A stretch of DNA of 64,000 nucleotides from a bacterium. Its GTDB lineage: Bacteria; Zhuqueibacterota; Zhuqueibacteria; Residuimicrobiales; Krinioviventaceae. Position numbers and translations under genes: made by a program. Shown here one piece after another: positions 40,907 through 52,042 of the stretch (positions within the stretch are counted from its first letter, which is position 1; each line of letters starts with the position of its first letter). A model generated the notes under the pieces. The model was given only the letters and a program-made list of their open reading frames with translations. It was not told the DNA's origin and ran no database searches. The stretch is taken from contig CAXXMD010000003.1 in NCBI GenBank assembly GCA_963675755.2, positions 480,001-544,000 on the forward strand, given 5' to 3'.

Positions 40907-40940
40907 GCAGTATTTCACTCGTAGCAGTATTTCACTCGTA
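40907..40940 (+). repeat. 17-bp perfect tandem duplication
   Basis: GCAGTATTTCACTCGTA x2 in the MCP2 leader. Confidence 0.9.
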
Positions 40941-41027
40941 ACATTAGTTCTAAATTTCAACAAAACAACAATTTCAAAATTTCACATGTCAGTGTCTAGA
41001 GCACAATAAACATGAAAGGATAACGTT

Positions 41028-43433
41028 TTGAACTTAAAAAACAAGAGTTTAAAGAACAGGATCTCATTTATAGTCTTGTCATTAATTCTACTTTTGGTAA
41101 CTGTCAGTAGTATTGTAGCATTTAAAACTTCACACCAGGCTGTGCAAGCATCATATGTCAATCAAATGCTAAATATCAACAAAACACTTGATAAACAACT
41201 GAACAATTTTTACACAGAGCAGATAAATATTGCCAATTCTTTAGTTTCAAACCAGGAATTGATTACAGCTATTAATAATAACGATTCCTTTGAAGTGAAC
41301 AAGTTATTATCTATTGTTAGTGATCAAACAAATATTTATGAAGGTTTTTTCGTTTCTACTCCGGAAAATGATACAGAAATTTTGTATGCTCCAAAAAAAA
41401 TGCCTTTTTTATTGGGCTTAAAGTGGGCGAACACAGGTTTTGATAATAATTTGAATACTGCTCTAAATGGCAAACAGCTACTGAGTGACATCGGCATCTC
41501 TCCTGCTACCGGCAGAGCGGTTCAGTTATTGACCACACCTATCAAGAATAATGGACAGGTTATTGGAATTTTGGGAATGTCAATTGATATTGGTACCTTT
41601 TCAAACAGTACGGTCAAAGATATAACCATTGGCTCCAACGGTTATGCTGCCGTCTTAACCTTCGAGGGCATTGCCTTTGCTCATCCCGATGAAAAACTGG
41701 TTATGAAAGTAGATTTTAGCAAATACGATTTTGGCAAAAAAGCAATTGAAATGCCTTCCGGTAGTGTCATTGAATACAATTTTCAGGGTGATGCCAAAAT
41801 ACTTACCACCATTAAAAACGAAACCTATAAATATATTGCCGTAACAACCATGCCCGAAAGTGATATTATAGCCAGTGCCATTAAAATAGCTAAAATATTA
41901 TCACTGTTGGGTATTATTGCCATAATTGGTAATGGAATATTTATCTTGTTGTACCTGAACAAAAGTTTAAAACCGCTGGAAACAACCGTAACCGCTGCCA
42001 ACAAGCTTGCTGAAGGTGATGTTGATGTTTCCATCTCACACACCAGCAATGACGAAATTGGACAGATGCTCAAAGCTTTTGATAAAATGGTGCAAAGCAT
42101 TAAAGCCAAAGCGGAAACCGCTGCTGAAATTGCGAAAGGCAATCTGGAGGTTGACGTTCAAGCCATTTCAAATAAAGATGTTCTGGGCAACGCCATGGTT
42201 GCACTCAAACAGAACGTAACCGCCATGGTCAATGATGTTGACAGTCTCGCAACCGCCGCCGTGAACGGTAACCTTTCCGTTCGTGCAAATGCAGAACAGC
42301 ATCAGGGACAGTTTCGCAAAATCGTTCAGGGTATCAATGAAACGCTTGATGGTATTATGGGACCTATCAACGAAGCTTCCGACGTTCTCGAAAAACTGGC
42401 GGACAGAGATTTGAGCATTCGGATGCATGGCGATTACAAAGGCGACCACGCCAAAATTAAAACCTCTATCAATACCGCTCTTGAAAATCTGGACGCAAGC
42501 ATTCAACAGGTCTTTTCCGGTGCTGAACAGGTTGCCTCTGCCTCGAATCAAATCAGCGATGGCAGTCAGCAAATGGCACAGTCCGCTACAGAACAAGCCG
42601 GTAACCTGGAAGAAATCTCCAGCAATCTGCAAGAGATCACATCCATGTCGCTTCAAAATACCAACAATGCCAAAGAAGCCAAAAACATGACCGACAACTC
42701 GCGCGAAAGTGCTTTAAAAGGTGTGGAGAGTATGAAACGCCTCTCCGTATCCATAGATAAAATCAAAACATCTTCCGATGAAACCAGCAAGATCGTTAAA
42801 ACCATTGATGAAATCGCTTTCCAGACCAACCTGCTCGCGCTCAATGCCGCGGTTGAAGCCGCAAGGGCCGGTGAAGCAGGCAAAGGATTTGCCGTAGTGG
42901 CCGAAGAAGTACGTAACCTGGCAATCAGAAGCGCGGAAGCCGCTAAAAACACAACCGATCTCATAAACGAATCGGTAAGCAACGCACAGGAAGGTGTGGT
43001 ACAAAACAAAGAAGTAATGGAAAACCTGCAGCTTATTAATGACCAGGTTATTAAAATCGGTGAAATCATGAGTGAAGTATCAGCAGGGTCAGAACAGCAG
43101 CGTGGTGGTGTGGAACAGGTCAATATGGCAATCGATCAGATGAACAAAATCACACAGCAGAACGCAGCCAATGCTGAAGAATCTGCAAGCGCATCCGAAG
43201 AACTCTCCAGCCAGGCTGAAGAAATGCGTTCATTAACTGCCAGGTTTCAGGTCTCAAGATCTGCTTCCGGTGTTCATATAATTGCTCCAAAATCGTCACA
43301 ACCCGCACAATCAACCTCAAATTACAGAACCCGTCAAACAAGCAACGGGGCAAGCAAATCTGCGGAAGATCTGATTCCCTTTGACGACTTTGACAGTAAC
43401 GCTAACGATAAATTTATTCTGGGTGAATTCTAG
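41028..43433 (+). CDS. Methyl-accepting chemotaxis protein 2
   Basis: TTG start after AAGGA; same architecture as MCP1; ends ...LGEF. Confidence 0.95.
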   Translation: MNLKNKSLKNRISFIVLSLILLLVTVSSIVAFKTSHQAVQASYVNQMLNINKTLDKQLNNFYTEQINIANSLVSNQELITAINNNDSFEVNKLLSIVSDQTNIYEGFFVSTPENDTEILYAPKKMPFLLGLKWANTGFDNNLNTALNGKQLLSDIGISPATGRAVQLLTTPIKNNGQVIGILGMSIDIGTFSNSTVKDITIGSNGYAAVLTFEGIAFAHPDEKLVMKVDFSKYDFGKKAIEMPSGSVIEYNFQGDAKILTTIKNETYKYIAVTTMPESDIIASAIKIAKILSLLGIIAIIGNGIFILLYLNKSLKPLETTVTAANKLAEGDVDVSISHTSNDEIGQMLKAFDKMVQSIKAKAETAAEIAKGNLEVDVQAISNKDVLGNAMVALKQNVTAMVNDVDSLATAAVNGNLSVRANAEQHQGQFRKIVQGINETLDGIMGPINEASDVLEKLADRDLSIRMHGDYKGDHAKIKTSINTALENLDASIQQVFSGAEQVASASNQISDGSQQMAQSATEQAGNLEEISSNLQEITSMSLQNTNNAKEAKNMTDNSRESALKGVESMKRLSVSIDKIKTSSDETSKIVKTIDEIAFQTNLLALNAAVEAARAGEAGKGFAVVAEEVRNLAIRSAEAAKNTTDLINESVSNAQEGVVQNKEVMENLQLINDQVIKIGEIMSEVSAGSEQQRGGVEQVNMAIDQMNKITQQNAANAEESASASEELSSQAEEMRSLTARFQVSRSASGVHIIAPKSSQPAQSTSNYRTRQTSNGASKSAEDLIPFDDFDSNANDKFILGEF
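41985..43433 (+). repeat. ~1.45-kb near-identical segment shared by MCP2 and MCP3 (other copy 44659-46107)
   Basis: High nucleotide identity begins at the first HAMP (ACCGTAAC..) and ends at the stop codon; offset 2674 bp. Confidence 0.9.
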
Positions 43434-43441
43434 TATTACAA

Positions 43442-43476
43442 TATCCCTGTAATCTATCAATTAGATTACAGGGATA
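43442..43476 (+). terminator. Intrinsic terminator after MCP2
   Basis: TATCCCTGTAATCTA-TCAAT-TAGATTACAGGGATA. Confidence 0.7.
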
Positions 43477-43592
43477 CTATTTTTGAACAATTTTTCCCAT
43501 TACCAAGTAAAAAATATTCTCTCTCTCAAACCAGAACCCAACAAAACCGCACTAACCTCAATAAAAACAAACATAATTACAAAAAATGAATC

Positions 43593-43608
43593 TGGCTTCA
43601 TTTTTGCC
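43593..43608 (+). promoter_or_regulatory. Sigma-54 promoter for MCP3
   Basis: TGGCTT-CATTT-TTGCC; GG-N10-GC exact. Confidence 0.55.
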
Positions 43609-43701
43609 ATTTACGCAAAAAAATTAATTTAATCGCCATTATTAACCATTTAACGCAAAGATGGAAATTAAAACAGGTCATCATTTTCAAAAGGAGTCGC
43701 T

Positions 43702-46107
43702 ATGTTCAAAAATATGAGCATTAAAAACAAAATTTCAATAATTGTCATTTTGCTTATTGTTGTACTTGTAGTCACCAGCAGTATCATTTCTTATAATTCT
43801 GCATATAATTCAGTTCAATTATCATTTTTAAATCAGATAGAAAACATAAACAAAAGTTTAGATATAAAATTGACAGACTTTTATTCTGAACAGGAACAAA
43901 TTGCAAACTCGCTTACAACATCAGATGCATTGATTGGAGCCATTGTTAATGATAACCAGGATCAATTAATAGAAATTCTTACTATTATCGAAAAACAATC
44001 AGAAATTTGTCAGAATGTATTTCTTTCAACTCCTGAAAGTAATTCCAAAGTATTTGCATGTCCTGAAAGATTAAAATCTTCTTATCTGGGTATTGAATGG
44101 AGTAATAACGTATTAAAAGAAAATATTGAAAAGGCATTACAAGGGCAATCCTACCTGAGTGGTATCAATAAATCAGATGTGACGGGTTTAATTATCCAGG
44201 TTTACAGTGCACCAGTCAAGTACAAGGGTGAAATAATTGCAATTCTAGCAATGACCATAGATGTTGGTACCTTGTCAGAAAATATGGTAGCCGGTATATC
44301 TATTGGAACAACGGGTTACCCATTTATTGCTGATAACATGGGTGTTGTATTTGCTCACCCTGAAAAAGAACAGATCATGAAATTAAAATTGAATGATACA
44401 AGTTGGGGTAAAGAAATACTCAATTCCGCCTCAAATTCAACCTTGAAATATAACTGGAATGGTAAAAAGAAAATTCTGTCTTTTGTAAAGAATGACAAAT
44501 ACAAATATATTTGTGCAAGCTCTATGTATGATGACGATATGCGTGCAAGTGCTATATCAATAGTTAAGATATTATTATTAGCAGGTGCATTTATTATTAT
44601 CATTTCAGGAATCTTTATAATCGTCTTTTTACAAAAAAGTCTTAAACCCCTTGACCATACCGTAACTGCTGCCAACAAGCTGGCTGAAGGTGATGTTGAT
44701 GTTTCCATATCACACAACAGTAATGACGAAATTGGACAGATGCTCAAAGCCTTTGATAAAATGGTGCAAAGCATTAAAGCAAAAGCGGAAACCGCTGCCG
44801 AAATTGCTAAAGGCAATCTGGAGGTTGACGTTCAAGCCATTTCAAATAAAGATGTTCTGGGCAACGCCATGGTTGCACTCAAACAGAACGTAACCGCCAT
44901 GGTCAATGATGTTGACAGTCTCGCAACCGCCGCCGTGAACGGTAACCTTTCCGTTCGTGCAAATGCAGAACAGCATCAGGGTCAATTTCGCAAGATCGTT
45001 CAGGGGATCAATGAAACACTTGACGGTATTATGGGCCCCATCAACGAAGCTTCCGACGTTCTTGAAAAACTGGCGGACAGAGATTTGAGCATTCGGATGC
45101 ATGGCGATTACAAAGGCGACCACGCCAAAATTAAAACCTCTATCAATACCGCTCTTGAAAATCTGGACGCAAGCATTCAACAGGTCTTTTCCGGTGCTGA
45201 ACAGGTTGCCTCTGCCTCGAATCAAATCAGCGATGGCAGTCAGCAAATGGCACAGTCCGCTACAGAACAAGCCGGTAACCTGGAAGAAATCTCCAGCAAT
45301 CTGCAAGAGATCACATCCATGTCGCTTCAAAACACCAACAATGCCAAAGAAGCAAAAAACATGACCGACAACTCGCGCGAAAGTGCTTTAAAAGGTGTGG
45401 AGAGTATGAAACGCCTCTCCGTATCCATCGATAAAATCAAAACCTCATCCGATGAAACCAGCAAGATCGTTAAAACCATTGACGAAATCGCTTTCCAGAC
45501 CAACCTGCTTGCGCTCAATGCAGCGGTTGAAGCCGCAAGGGCCGGTGAAGCAGGCAAAGGATTTGCCGTTGTGGCCGAAGAAGTACGCAACCTGGCAATC
45601 AGAAGCGCGGAAGCCGCTAAAAACACAACCGATCTCATAAACGAATCAGTAAGCAACGCACAGGAAGGTGTAGAACACAACAAAGAAGTAATGGAGAACT
45701 TGCAGATCATCAACGATCAGGTCATCAAGATCGGTGAAATCATGAGTGAAGTATCAGCAGGGTCAGAACAGCAGCGTGGTGGTGTGGAACAGGTCAATAT
45801 GGCAATCGACCAGATGAACAAAATCACACAACAGAATGCCGCCAATGCTGAAGAGTCTGCAAGCGCATCCGAAGAACTCTCCAGCCAGGCTGAAGAGATG
45901 CGCTCATTAACTGCCAGGTTTCAGGTCTCAAGATCTGCTTCCGGTGTTCATATAATTGCTCCAAAATCGCCACAACCCGCACAATCAACCTCAAATTACA
46001 GAACCCGTCAAACAAGCAACGGGGCAAGCAAATCTGCGGAAGATTTGATTCCCTTTGACGACTTTGACAGTAACGCTAACGATAAATTTATTCTGGGTGA
46101 ATTCTAG
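43702..46107 (+). CDS. Methyl-accepting chemotaxis protein 3
   Basis: AAGGAG SD; dCache + HAMP + MCP signalling domain; ends ...LGEF. Confidence 0.95.
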   Translation: MFKNMSIKNKISIIVILLIVVLVVTSSIISYNSAYNSVQLSFLNQIENINKSLDIKLTDFYSEQEQIANSLTTSDALIGAIVNDNQDQLIEILTIIEKQSEICQNVFLSTPESNSKVFACPERLKSSYLGIEWSNNVLKENIEKALQGQSYLSGINKSDVTGLIIQVYSAPVKYKGEIIAILAMTIDVGTLSENMVAGISIGTTGYPFIADNMGVVFAHPEKEQIMKLKLNDTSWGKEILNSASNSTLKYNWNGKKKILSFVKNDKYKYICASSMYDDDMRASAISIVKILLLAGAFIIIISGIFIIVFLQKSLKPLDHTVTAANKLAEGDVDVSISHNSNDEIGQMLKAFDKMVQSIKAKAETAAEIAKGNLEVDVQAISNKDVLGNAMVALKQNVTAMVNDVDSLATAAVNGNLSVRANAEQHQGQFRKIVQGINETLDGIMGPINEASDVLEKLADRDLSIRMHGDYKGDHAKIKTSINTALENLDASIQQVFSGAEQVASASNQISDGSQQMAQSATEQAGNLEEISSNLQEITSMSLQNTNNAKEAKNMTDNSRESALKGVESMKRLSVSIDKIKTSSDETSKIVKTIDEIAFQTNLLALNAAVEAARAGEAGKGFAVVAEEVRNLAIRSAEAAKNTTDLINESVSNAQEGVEHNKEVMENLQIINDQVIKIGEIMSEVSAGSEQQRGGVEQVNMAIDQMNKITQQNAANAEESASASEELSSQAEEMRSLTARFQVSRSASGVHIIAPKSPQPAQSTSNYRTRQTSNGASKSAEDLIPFDDFDSNANDKFILGEF

Positions 46108-46119
46108 TAAAAAAATCCC

Positions 46120-46147
46120 GCCCCTGTAGTGTTTATCATACAGGGGC
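46120..46147 (+). terminator. Intrinsic terminator after MCP3
   Basis: GCCCCTGTA...TACAGGGGC followed by TTTTATTT. Confidence 0.75.
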
Positions 46148-46208
46148 TTTTATTTCTTTCAATAATCAAATCAGATCTGTATATTTCATAAAATTTAAAG
46201 AACGGGTT

Positions 46209-47498
46209 ATGAAATTAAAGATCGTATTATTATTCTATTTCATCATTCAATTGGTGTATATACTGTTTTTTCAATTGCCGTTTGTGGGCGACTCGTCCAT
46301 GTACTATAATCTGGCGCAAACGTGTATACAGCACAACTCTTTTTATCCTGCAGCACACAACTTGAATGACGCATACATTATTGCTCCATTATATGTTAAT
46401 TATATTATCCTGCTGTTGCATATTTACGACTCGCCTACAATCATTTTACTTTTTAATATCATTCTAAACCTTTTGAATCTGCTGCTACTGCGTAAAATAA
46501 CAGATCTGCTGTTCCAAAAGAAAAAATATACAGATACAATTACGGTGCTTTACCTAATATATCTGAGCAGTCTGGGTGCGGTCCTGATGAATGTTACAGA
46601 ACTCTTCTTTTGCGCCTTGCTGTTTGCGGGATATTATTTAATATTGAAAAATACAAAACAGAGTTTGTTTTTTGCCGGAATGTTTACAGCTTTGGCGTTT
46701 GCCACCCGTCAGGTTGCGCTTGCTCTGATTCTGACTTATTTTCTGGTCTCCATCATTCGCAAGCAATTTTCATTTTTCAAATCAACCCTGCTGATCTCAG
46801 GATTTGCCGTTACCCTGCTCTTGTTCGGGGTGTTCACCTGGTCTCAATCCGGAAAGTTTGTCATGTCTCCCAACACCGGCGCTTTGAACATGTTAATAGG
46901 CGCGAACGACAATGCTACCGGTGCTTATAACAACATTGCCTTTGAAAAAGGACATGCGGGATATATTGAAAATTTTGATAAAATCCCCTATTATAAAAAA
47001 GCAGAATTCTGGAAAAACCAAACCCTCTCATGGATCAAACAAAATCCTGTCAAATGGCTCATGCTTTTCCCTAAAAAAATAGCACATATGTTCATGTATG
47101 ATGATTGGTCAATCCATACGCTTGTGCCCACAAATGATTGGAACCTCTATCTCATTGGTAAAACCATTATAACAGAAAAAAGTATAAAACCGGTCTTTGC
47201 GGGTGAATCAGCATTCTTGAAAATATCATTTATATTGATTTACACATTGCATCATCTCGTTTATTTTGCACTTTTAATTTTCATGTTTTATCAATTCATC
47301 TATTATAAAAAACAAAATCCGCAAGTGATGTTCAGTTGTATGCATATTTATATTTTTTGTGTTATAGCAACCGGCGTAATATTGCTGGCCTTTGGAGTTC
47401 CCCGTTACAAACATCCCATATTTGTACTGTTATTGATAACCATAACCCCCATGATTGCCGAATTGAAATGGCCTAATATAAAAAAAAGGGTGGTTTAA
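46209..47498 (+). CDS. GT-C fold membrane glycosyltransferase (ArnT/PMT/GT39-like)
   Basis: Multi-TM; GDSSMY after TM1, P.Y, TE.LF, G...ALA...R, PRY near the C-terminus. Confidence 0.7.
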   Translation: MKLKIVLLFYFIIQLVYILFFQLPFVGDSSMYYNLAQTCIQHNSFYPAAHNLNDAYIIAPLYVNYIILLLHIYDSPTIILLFNIILNLLNLLLLRKITDLLFQKKKYTDTITVLYLIYLSSLGAVLMNVTELFFCALLFAGYYLILKNTKQSLFFAGMFTALAFATRQVALALILTYFLVSIIRKQFSFFKSTLLISGFAVTLLLFGVFTWSQSGKFVMSPNTGALNMLIGANDNATGAYNNIAFEKGHAGYIENFDKIPYYKKAEFWKNQTLSWIKQNPVKWLMLFPKKIAHMFMYDDWSIHTLVPTNDWNLYLIGKTIITEKSIKPVFAGESAFLKISFILIYTLHHLVYFALLIFMFYQFIYYKKQNPQVMFSCMHIYIFCVIATGVILLAFGVPRYKHPIFVLLLITITPMIAELKWPNIKKRVV

Positions 47499-47516
47499 AT
47501 AACCACCCTTTTTTTT
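47480..47516. terminator. Bidirectional terminator
   Basis: A-run-GGGTGGTT-TAAAT-AACCACCC-T-run between convergent genes. Confidence 0.8.
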
Positions 47517-48096
47517 ATTTCAATTCAATTTTAAAAGGCACTTTGAGTTTTTCCCATTGTAGAAACGCAGTTGCCGAAGTCCCATCCAGATCTTCAAAGC
47601 CATAAACCAGCCATTCCTGATGAGGAGCAGCAATAGGTGTGACGTTAATTCTTAACGCATCTTGAGATTCATCATATTTATAACTGCCCCATGCGTCATT
47701 GACCTTATTAAAAATGACAACCCAATCGTTTTCAGAGGGAATCATATGAATGCTATATTTACCGGCTGGCAAATCTTTACCATTTACTTTGACATCACTG
47801 CTAAAATCGATGGTGGTATTTTCATTAGCACCGGCTCTCCAGGGAAAGTCCTTGTTATCTGAATATTTGTTGCCGGGATTCAAGCCATAAGGTACCAAAT
47901 CACCCCAAATGGTTCTGCCTTTAACTCCGGGACGACTATAATTGATGGTAACCTTGGCATCTACACCCAGGCTCTGAGATACTTCTGCGGCAAGGCTCTT
48001 GCGGATTTTTTTATCCTGAGCCAATGTTGTATTGCTTAACCCTACAAGCAATGCCACAGCCAGCAATAAAATGGTTAGAAATTTAACTCTTTTCAT
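47515..48096 (-). CDS. DUF2911 domain exported protein
   Basis: Signal peptide; YSRPGVKGRTIWGDLVPYG, WRAGANENTTI.FS.DV, LPAGKYS. Start ATG 48096 after GGAGG. Confidence 0.85.
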   Translation of the reverse strand: MKRVKFLTILLLAVALLVGLSNTTLAQDKKIRKSLAAEVSQSLGVDAKVTINYSRPGVKGRTIWGDLVPYGLNPGNKYSDNKDFPWRAGANENTTIDFSSDVKVNGKDLPAGKYSIHMIPSENDWVVIFNKVNDAWGSYKYDESQDALRINVTPIAAPHQEWLVYGFEDLDGTSATAFLQWEKLKVPFKIELK

Positions 48097-48271
48097 TATT
48101 CCTCCATGTGGAAATATTACAATTATATTTATCGAATTCATTACAGGTTGTAACAACAATTTTACAATTATTATTGCATGTCCACAAGATTTCTACGCAG
48201 GAATCAATAAAAAGATTCAATACTGAAATAACATCAACACTAAAATCTTCCCAAATCGCATTCTTTTTCCC

Positions 48272-49666
48272 TCAGAAATAAATTTTAAATCCAGCAGATA
48301 TATTCAAATGGGTTGCACTCATTGTTTCATCTGATTCTACCCGAATATCATTAAATTCAAACTCGTCAAATTTTCCAAGAATCAGAGAAACACCCACTCC
48401 CAAAGCCAGATTTTTATTCAACATTATATCTACTCCGGTTTGTAATCTAAAACCCATCGTTGTTTCATCCATTGTTGCTTGAATACCTGCTATTCTTCCT
48501 TCTTCAGTATAGCTCAACATTCCCACCCCCACTGTTCCATATACAACTACTCCCTCAACATCTGTTGTACACAGGAATATTTGCCCTCCAACAACCTGAA
48601 TACGTACATTATCTTTGACCAAACCTATATTCTCATAATAATTACCAATTTTAATCTTTTCATTACTCACAACAATAGCATTAGAAGACCAAAAATTTGA
48701 ATAGAAAATTCCAAAAGCGAGATTCGGCCGGCTAAAGAATACCAAATCAAGGCCCACTATTTTACCGTTTTTTAATTCATCTGTATAGTCTTTCAAACTT
48801 TTCGGAGTATATTTTGAATCGTCTCCAATAATTTTACCCAATCCAAATTCAACACCTATCCGTGCTGGAAGCACAGCTTTATGTTCTTTTTTTAATGACG
48901 GATAAATTATTTTATTCTGTTGTTCGCTTGTGCTTTTTTCGTATTCGGGCTTCCATTCCCGGGTTGCAACCGAGCCACCAGAGCGGGAATCAACAGTCGT
49001 AGAAACATTCAACATTGAAGGACGAGGTGTTATTATAACTCCATTAGCAACCCGGATATCTGAATCAGGTATAAAAACAATTTTGGCTCCCTGAAACAGC
49101 CCTCTGGATCCTGTTTTAAAAACCATTCCATCTGTTTTGATCTCTAGAATTTCTCCCACCAGAGTCTCATTATTCTGCAAAACAATTGTAGACATATTGT
49201 CTGGTAACAGAGTTAGATCCGTTAAATAATAAGAATCTTTTTGAGGGACATCCTTTTTTATAACAGGAGTTTCGACAAACGTATCAACTTTTGCTTCTTT
49301 AACATTACTCACTTTATCAAACAAATAGCTTAAAAGTTGGGTGTCTTTTATTTCCGTACCCTCCCCGTTCGCGGTTCTTCCATCCGGGTGAACAATGATC
49401 CTGCCGTTTTGATCAATAAAGGTCAATATCTTTGCATAGGGTATAAATAGCTCTTTATGGGATTCAAATTTAATCCCCTCCGTTTTATAAGCAATGGGTG
49501 CTCTGTGCCAGATCTTTTCAGGGTATTGCTTCAATATTAACAATGGACAGTGAGGGACAAGCATATCCTTATACAGCATATCTATATCCGGTTCAACCTT
49601 GCTAAAAACGTATTGAGCCAAAATCAGCAATACAAAATTAGCATAAAATAATGATTGTAATCGCAT
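48272..49666 (-). CDS. Hypothetical protein with C-terminal outer-membrane beta-barrel
   Basis: Signal peptide; C-terminal ~200 aa of amphipathic strands ending AGFKIYF. Confidence 0.65.
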   Translation of the reverse strand: MRLQSLFYANFVLLILAQYVFSKVEPDIDMLYKDMLVPHCPLLILKQYPEKIWHRAPIAYKTEGIKFESHKELFIPYAKILTFIDQNGRIIVHPDGRTANGEGTEIKDTQLLSYLFDKVSNVKEAKVDTFVETPVIKKDVPQKDSYYLTDLTLLPDNMSTIVLQNNETLVGEILEIKTDGMVFKTGSRGLFQGAKIVFIPDSDIRVANGVIITPRPSMLNVSTTVDSRSGGSVATREWKPEYEKSTSEQQNKIIYPSLKKEHKAVLPARIGVEFGLGKIIGDDSKYTPKSLKDYTDELKNGKIVGLDLVFFSRPNLAFGIFYSNFWSSNAIVVSNEKIKIGNYYENIGLVKDNVRIQVVGGQIFLCTTDVEGVVVYGTVGVGMLSYTEEGRIAGIQATMDETTMGFRLQTGVDIMLNKNLALGVGVSLILGKFDEFEFNDIRVESDETMSATHLNISAGFKIYF

Positions 49667-49792
49667 AGATATTTCCCCTCAAACATATAACAAATGATTT
49701 ATGCAGGCATACTTCCCCTGGCATTGCATTTCATCAAAAATATAGCAATTCATCTGTTAAAACACAATAACTTATATATCCCCTAAAATGAA

Positions 49793-49819
49793 AAGGGCTG
49801 TCAATTTTTGACAGCCCTT
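49793..49819 (-). terminator. Intrinsic terminator after the esterase gene
   Basis: AAGGGCTGTCAA-TTT-TTGACAGCCCTT. Confidence 0.75.
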
Positions 49820-49823
49820 AAAA

Positions 49824-51692
49824 TTACTCGAGTAGTATAGCTTTTTGAAAGATCCGTGTATTGTCATGTTGAAACACCACATAATACACACCGGTGGGAT
49901 AGTCCAGCTCCATCTTCCAGTTTAATTGCCGCTGCCCCGGATACAATTTCACATTCTCCCGGTAGAGCTGTCTTCCCAGTATATCAAAAATACGGATATC
50001 CGCATCCAGATTATTTTGCGCGGGTTCAAATTGTATGGTGGTATTTAATGTGCTGTTAAAAGGATTAGGATAAACCGAAATCAAATTTAAATTTTCAGGG
50101 GTTGTCAGATCTGTTTCAGCAACAGCGGTTGTCTGGTATGAAAAAGACTCTACATCAGACCACTCACTTGCGCCCAGACCGTTTATACTTTTAACCCGCC
50201 AATAATAGTTATAACCGGGTTCAACATCCAATGACCAGCTGCATCCGGCTACCTCATTATCAAATACCAGATCAGCTTCTCCAAAAGATGCTTCTGTAGC
50301 AACCTGTAACTGATAATGTGTTGCTAATTTTTCATCCTGCCAGTTGAACGTAATCATTTCACCCATTGTTGCTTCTTCCGGTAATGGAGATGCTGGCAAA
50401 ATATCTAAATATTCTGCAACCATACGGGTTGATACACTGTTCCACATTTTTGTATTAATGGCATATATCTCTTCATAATGGCCTTCGGTCTCTCCAGGAA
50501 AATCTACATCCAATATTTCTTGCGGAATATCTGTTACGTTCAGCCTGGCAATTTCTACCTGGGGACCGTTCAATTCCACTATACTGTTGTAAAAATTATC
50601 AGCATCCTGCACAAATCCCGGCATATCCAGAAAATCACCTTCTTCGTTGAGAGAGATAATCAGAAAAGGCGGTTGGTCGGCGTTAATAAAATTACCAGGA
50701 GACGCGGCCAGCAGCACCTCCTCTTCCCAACTGTCAAAGGTGTTCTGACACAGTGTCTTGTAACCCAGGGCATCAACTGCGTCCAATCCTAATGGATTTG
50801 ACGGCCAGATCACAAGATCATACAAATTATAAGCACCGCTCATCAGTACCGCACCTTGAATCATATCTGTAGACAAATCCAGAGATTCCAAATACGAACC
50901 ATCTGTACTCATCAGTGCGCATAAATGTGCTCCGGCGGACTGGCCCATAATGTGGATCGATTCAGGATCTCCACCATATTCGGCAATATGATCCACAACC
51001 CATGCAAAAGCCATTGCCACATCCATTACATGAGTGGGATGTTTGGCATTCCAGGGATCAGACGACAACTGGTAATTTGCAATCACCGTTGTCACATTAT
51101 AGTATCCTGCATAGGTATTTCCCAACTCCATATACAGCTCCTTGTCACCCTGCTTCCACGCCCCGCCATGAATAAACAACAATACGGGTGTCTGTGTTTT
51201 TCCTTTGGGTTGATACACATCTAAAAGATGCTTGCCACCGCCTTCAGCAGGGGGATCCGCATAAGGGATATTAAAGGTTGCATCTACAAGATCCAGTACA
51301 TACCGGGCTTGAACCGTTTCACTGTTTTCCATACCATCCGAAATGGCAACTGCCCGCACCGTGGCAGAATAAAAGGTTTGCGGCTCGGTCGCATCAGAGG
51401 GGGCATTATCGCTATTGCCGGTCAAGCTGTCGCCGGTCACATGGTTATATAGTACAATAGGGCCACCACCATACAACAGATCTGATTCATCCGGTTCAGT
51501 ACCATCCAGAGTATAGTAAATTCTCGCATCGGGAGAATCACAGGTCAAGCACAGGTTTATTGCCTGATCATATTTACCGGATTCATGACTGAAAACCGGT
51601 AAAGAAACTTGAGCGGCCAATATCCATTGGGTGAGGCATTGAAACACAATTATTACAGACCCTATTATTTTTGTTTTTTTACACATTTCCAT
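49824..51692 (-). CDS. Secreted alpha/beta-hydrolase (carboxylesterase) with Fn3-associated domains and T9SS-type C-terminal sorting domain
   Basis: IYYTLDGTEP (chitobiase/Fn3-associated), LDVY.P, HGGAW, GQSAG, YYWRV (Fn3), YPNPFN...IFDILGR...TGVYY. Confidence 0.85.
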   Translation of the reverse strand: MEMCKKTKIIGSVIIVFQCLTQWILAAQVSLPVFSHESGKYDQAINLCLTCDSPDARIYYTLDGTEPDESDLLYGGGPIVLYNHVTGDSLTGNSDNAPSDATEPQTFYSATVRAVAISDGMENSETVQARYVLDLVDATFNIPYADPPAEGGGKHLLDVYQPKGKTQTPVLLFIHGGAWKQGDKELYMELGNTYAGYYNVTTVIANYQLSSDPWNAKHPTHVMDVAMAFAWVVDHIAEYGGDPESIHIMGQSAGAHLCALMSTDGSYLESLDLSTDMIQGAVLMSGAYNLYDLVIWPSNPLGLDAVDALGYKTLCQNTFDSWEEEVLLAASPGNFINADQPPFLIISLNEEGDFLDMPGFVQDADNFYNSIVELNGPQVEIARLNVTDIPQEILDVDFPGETEGHYEEIYAINTKMWNSVSTRMVAEYLDILPASPLPEEATMGEMITFNWQDEKLATHYQLQVATEASFGEADLVFDNEVAGCSWSLDVEPGYNYYWRVKSINGLGASEWSDVESFSYQTTAVAETDLTTPENLNLISVYPNPFNSTLNTTIQFEPAQNNLDADIRIFDILGRQLYRENVKLYPGQRQLNWKMELDYPTGVYYVVFQHDNTRIFQKAILLE

Positions 51693-52042
51693 TATCCTTA
51701 ATAATAATTATTATTTTGGGAATGTATACGGGATGTTACAAAAAAGCGTGTGATTTAAATCAATATATTATTATTTATCGGCCTCCTGGCCATTTCTTTA
51801 AGAAAAAATGGAAGCAAATGCATGTTTCTATTGTCTAATATGCAAATAAAAGAAAAAAAATCGCCACAACCATAAGGAAAATACTTCTTTCTATACCGAA
51901 AAAATTTCCTATTTTGTACGTAACTTATTGTTTAATAAACGCCTACGAAAATATTTTTATCATTAATTTTCACCCTTAAAAAGTTACGCTAAAAGACCAG
52001 TTAAAAATCAATTGACTTGACAAAAATAGAAATCATGGTGCT

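Noticed and set aside
40725-43701. c-di-GMP riboswitches in MCP leaders
   Set aside because: No GGCAAA..GAAA..GCAAAG (class I) or class II pattern seen in either intergenic region.
39775-46027. Repeated antisense ORFs (60-160 aa) inside the MCP genes
   Set aside because: They recur only because the MCP DNA is duplicated; typical shadows of Ala/Ser-rich coiled-coil coding sequence.
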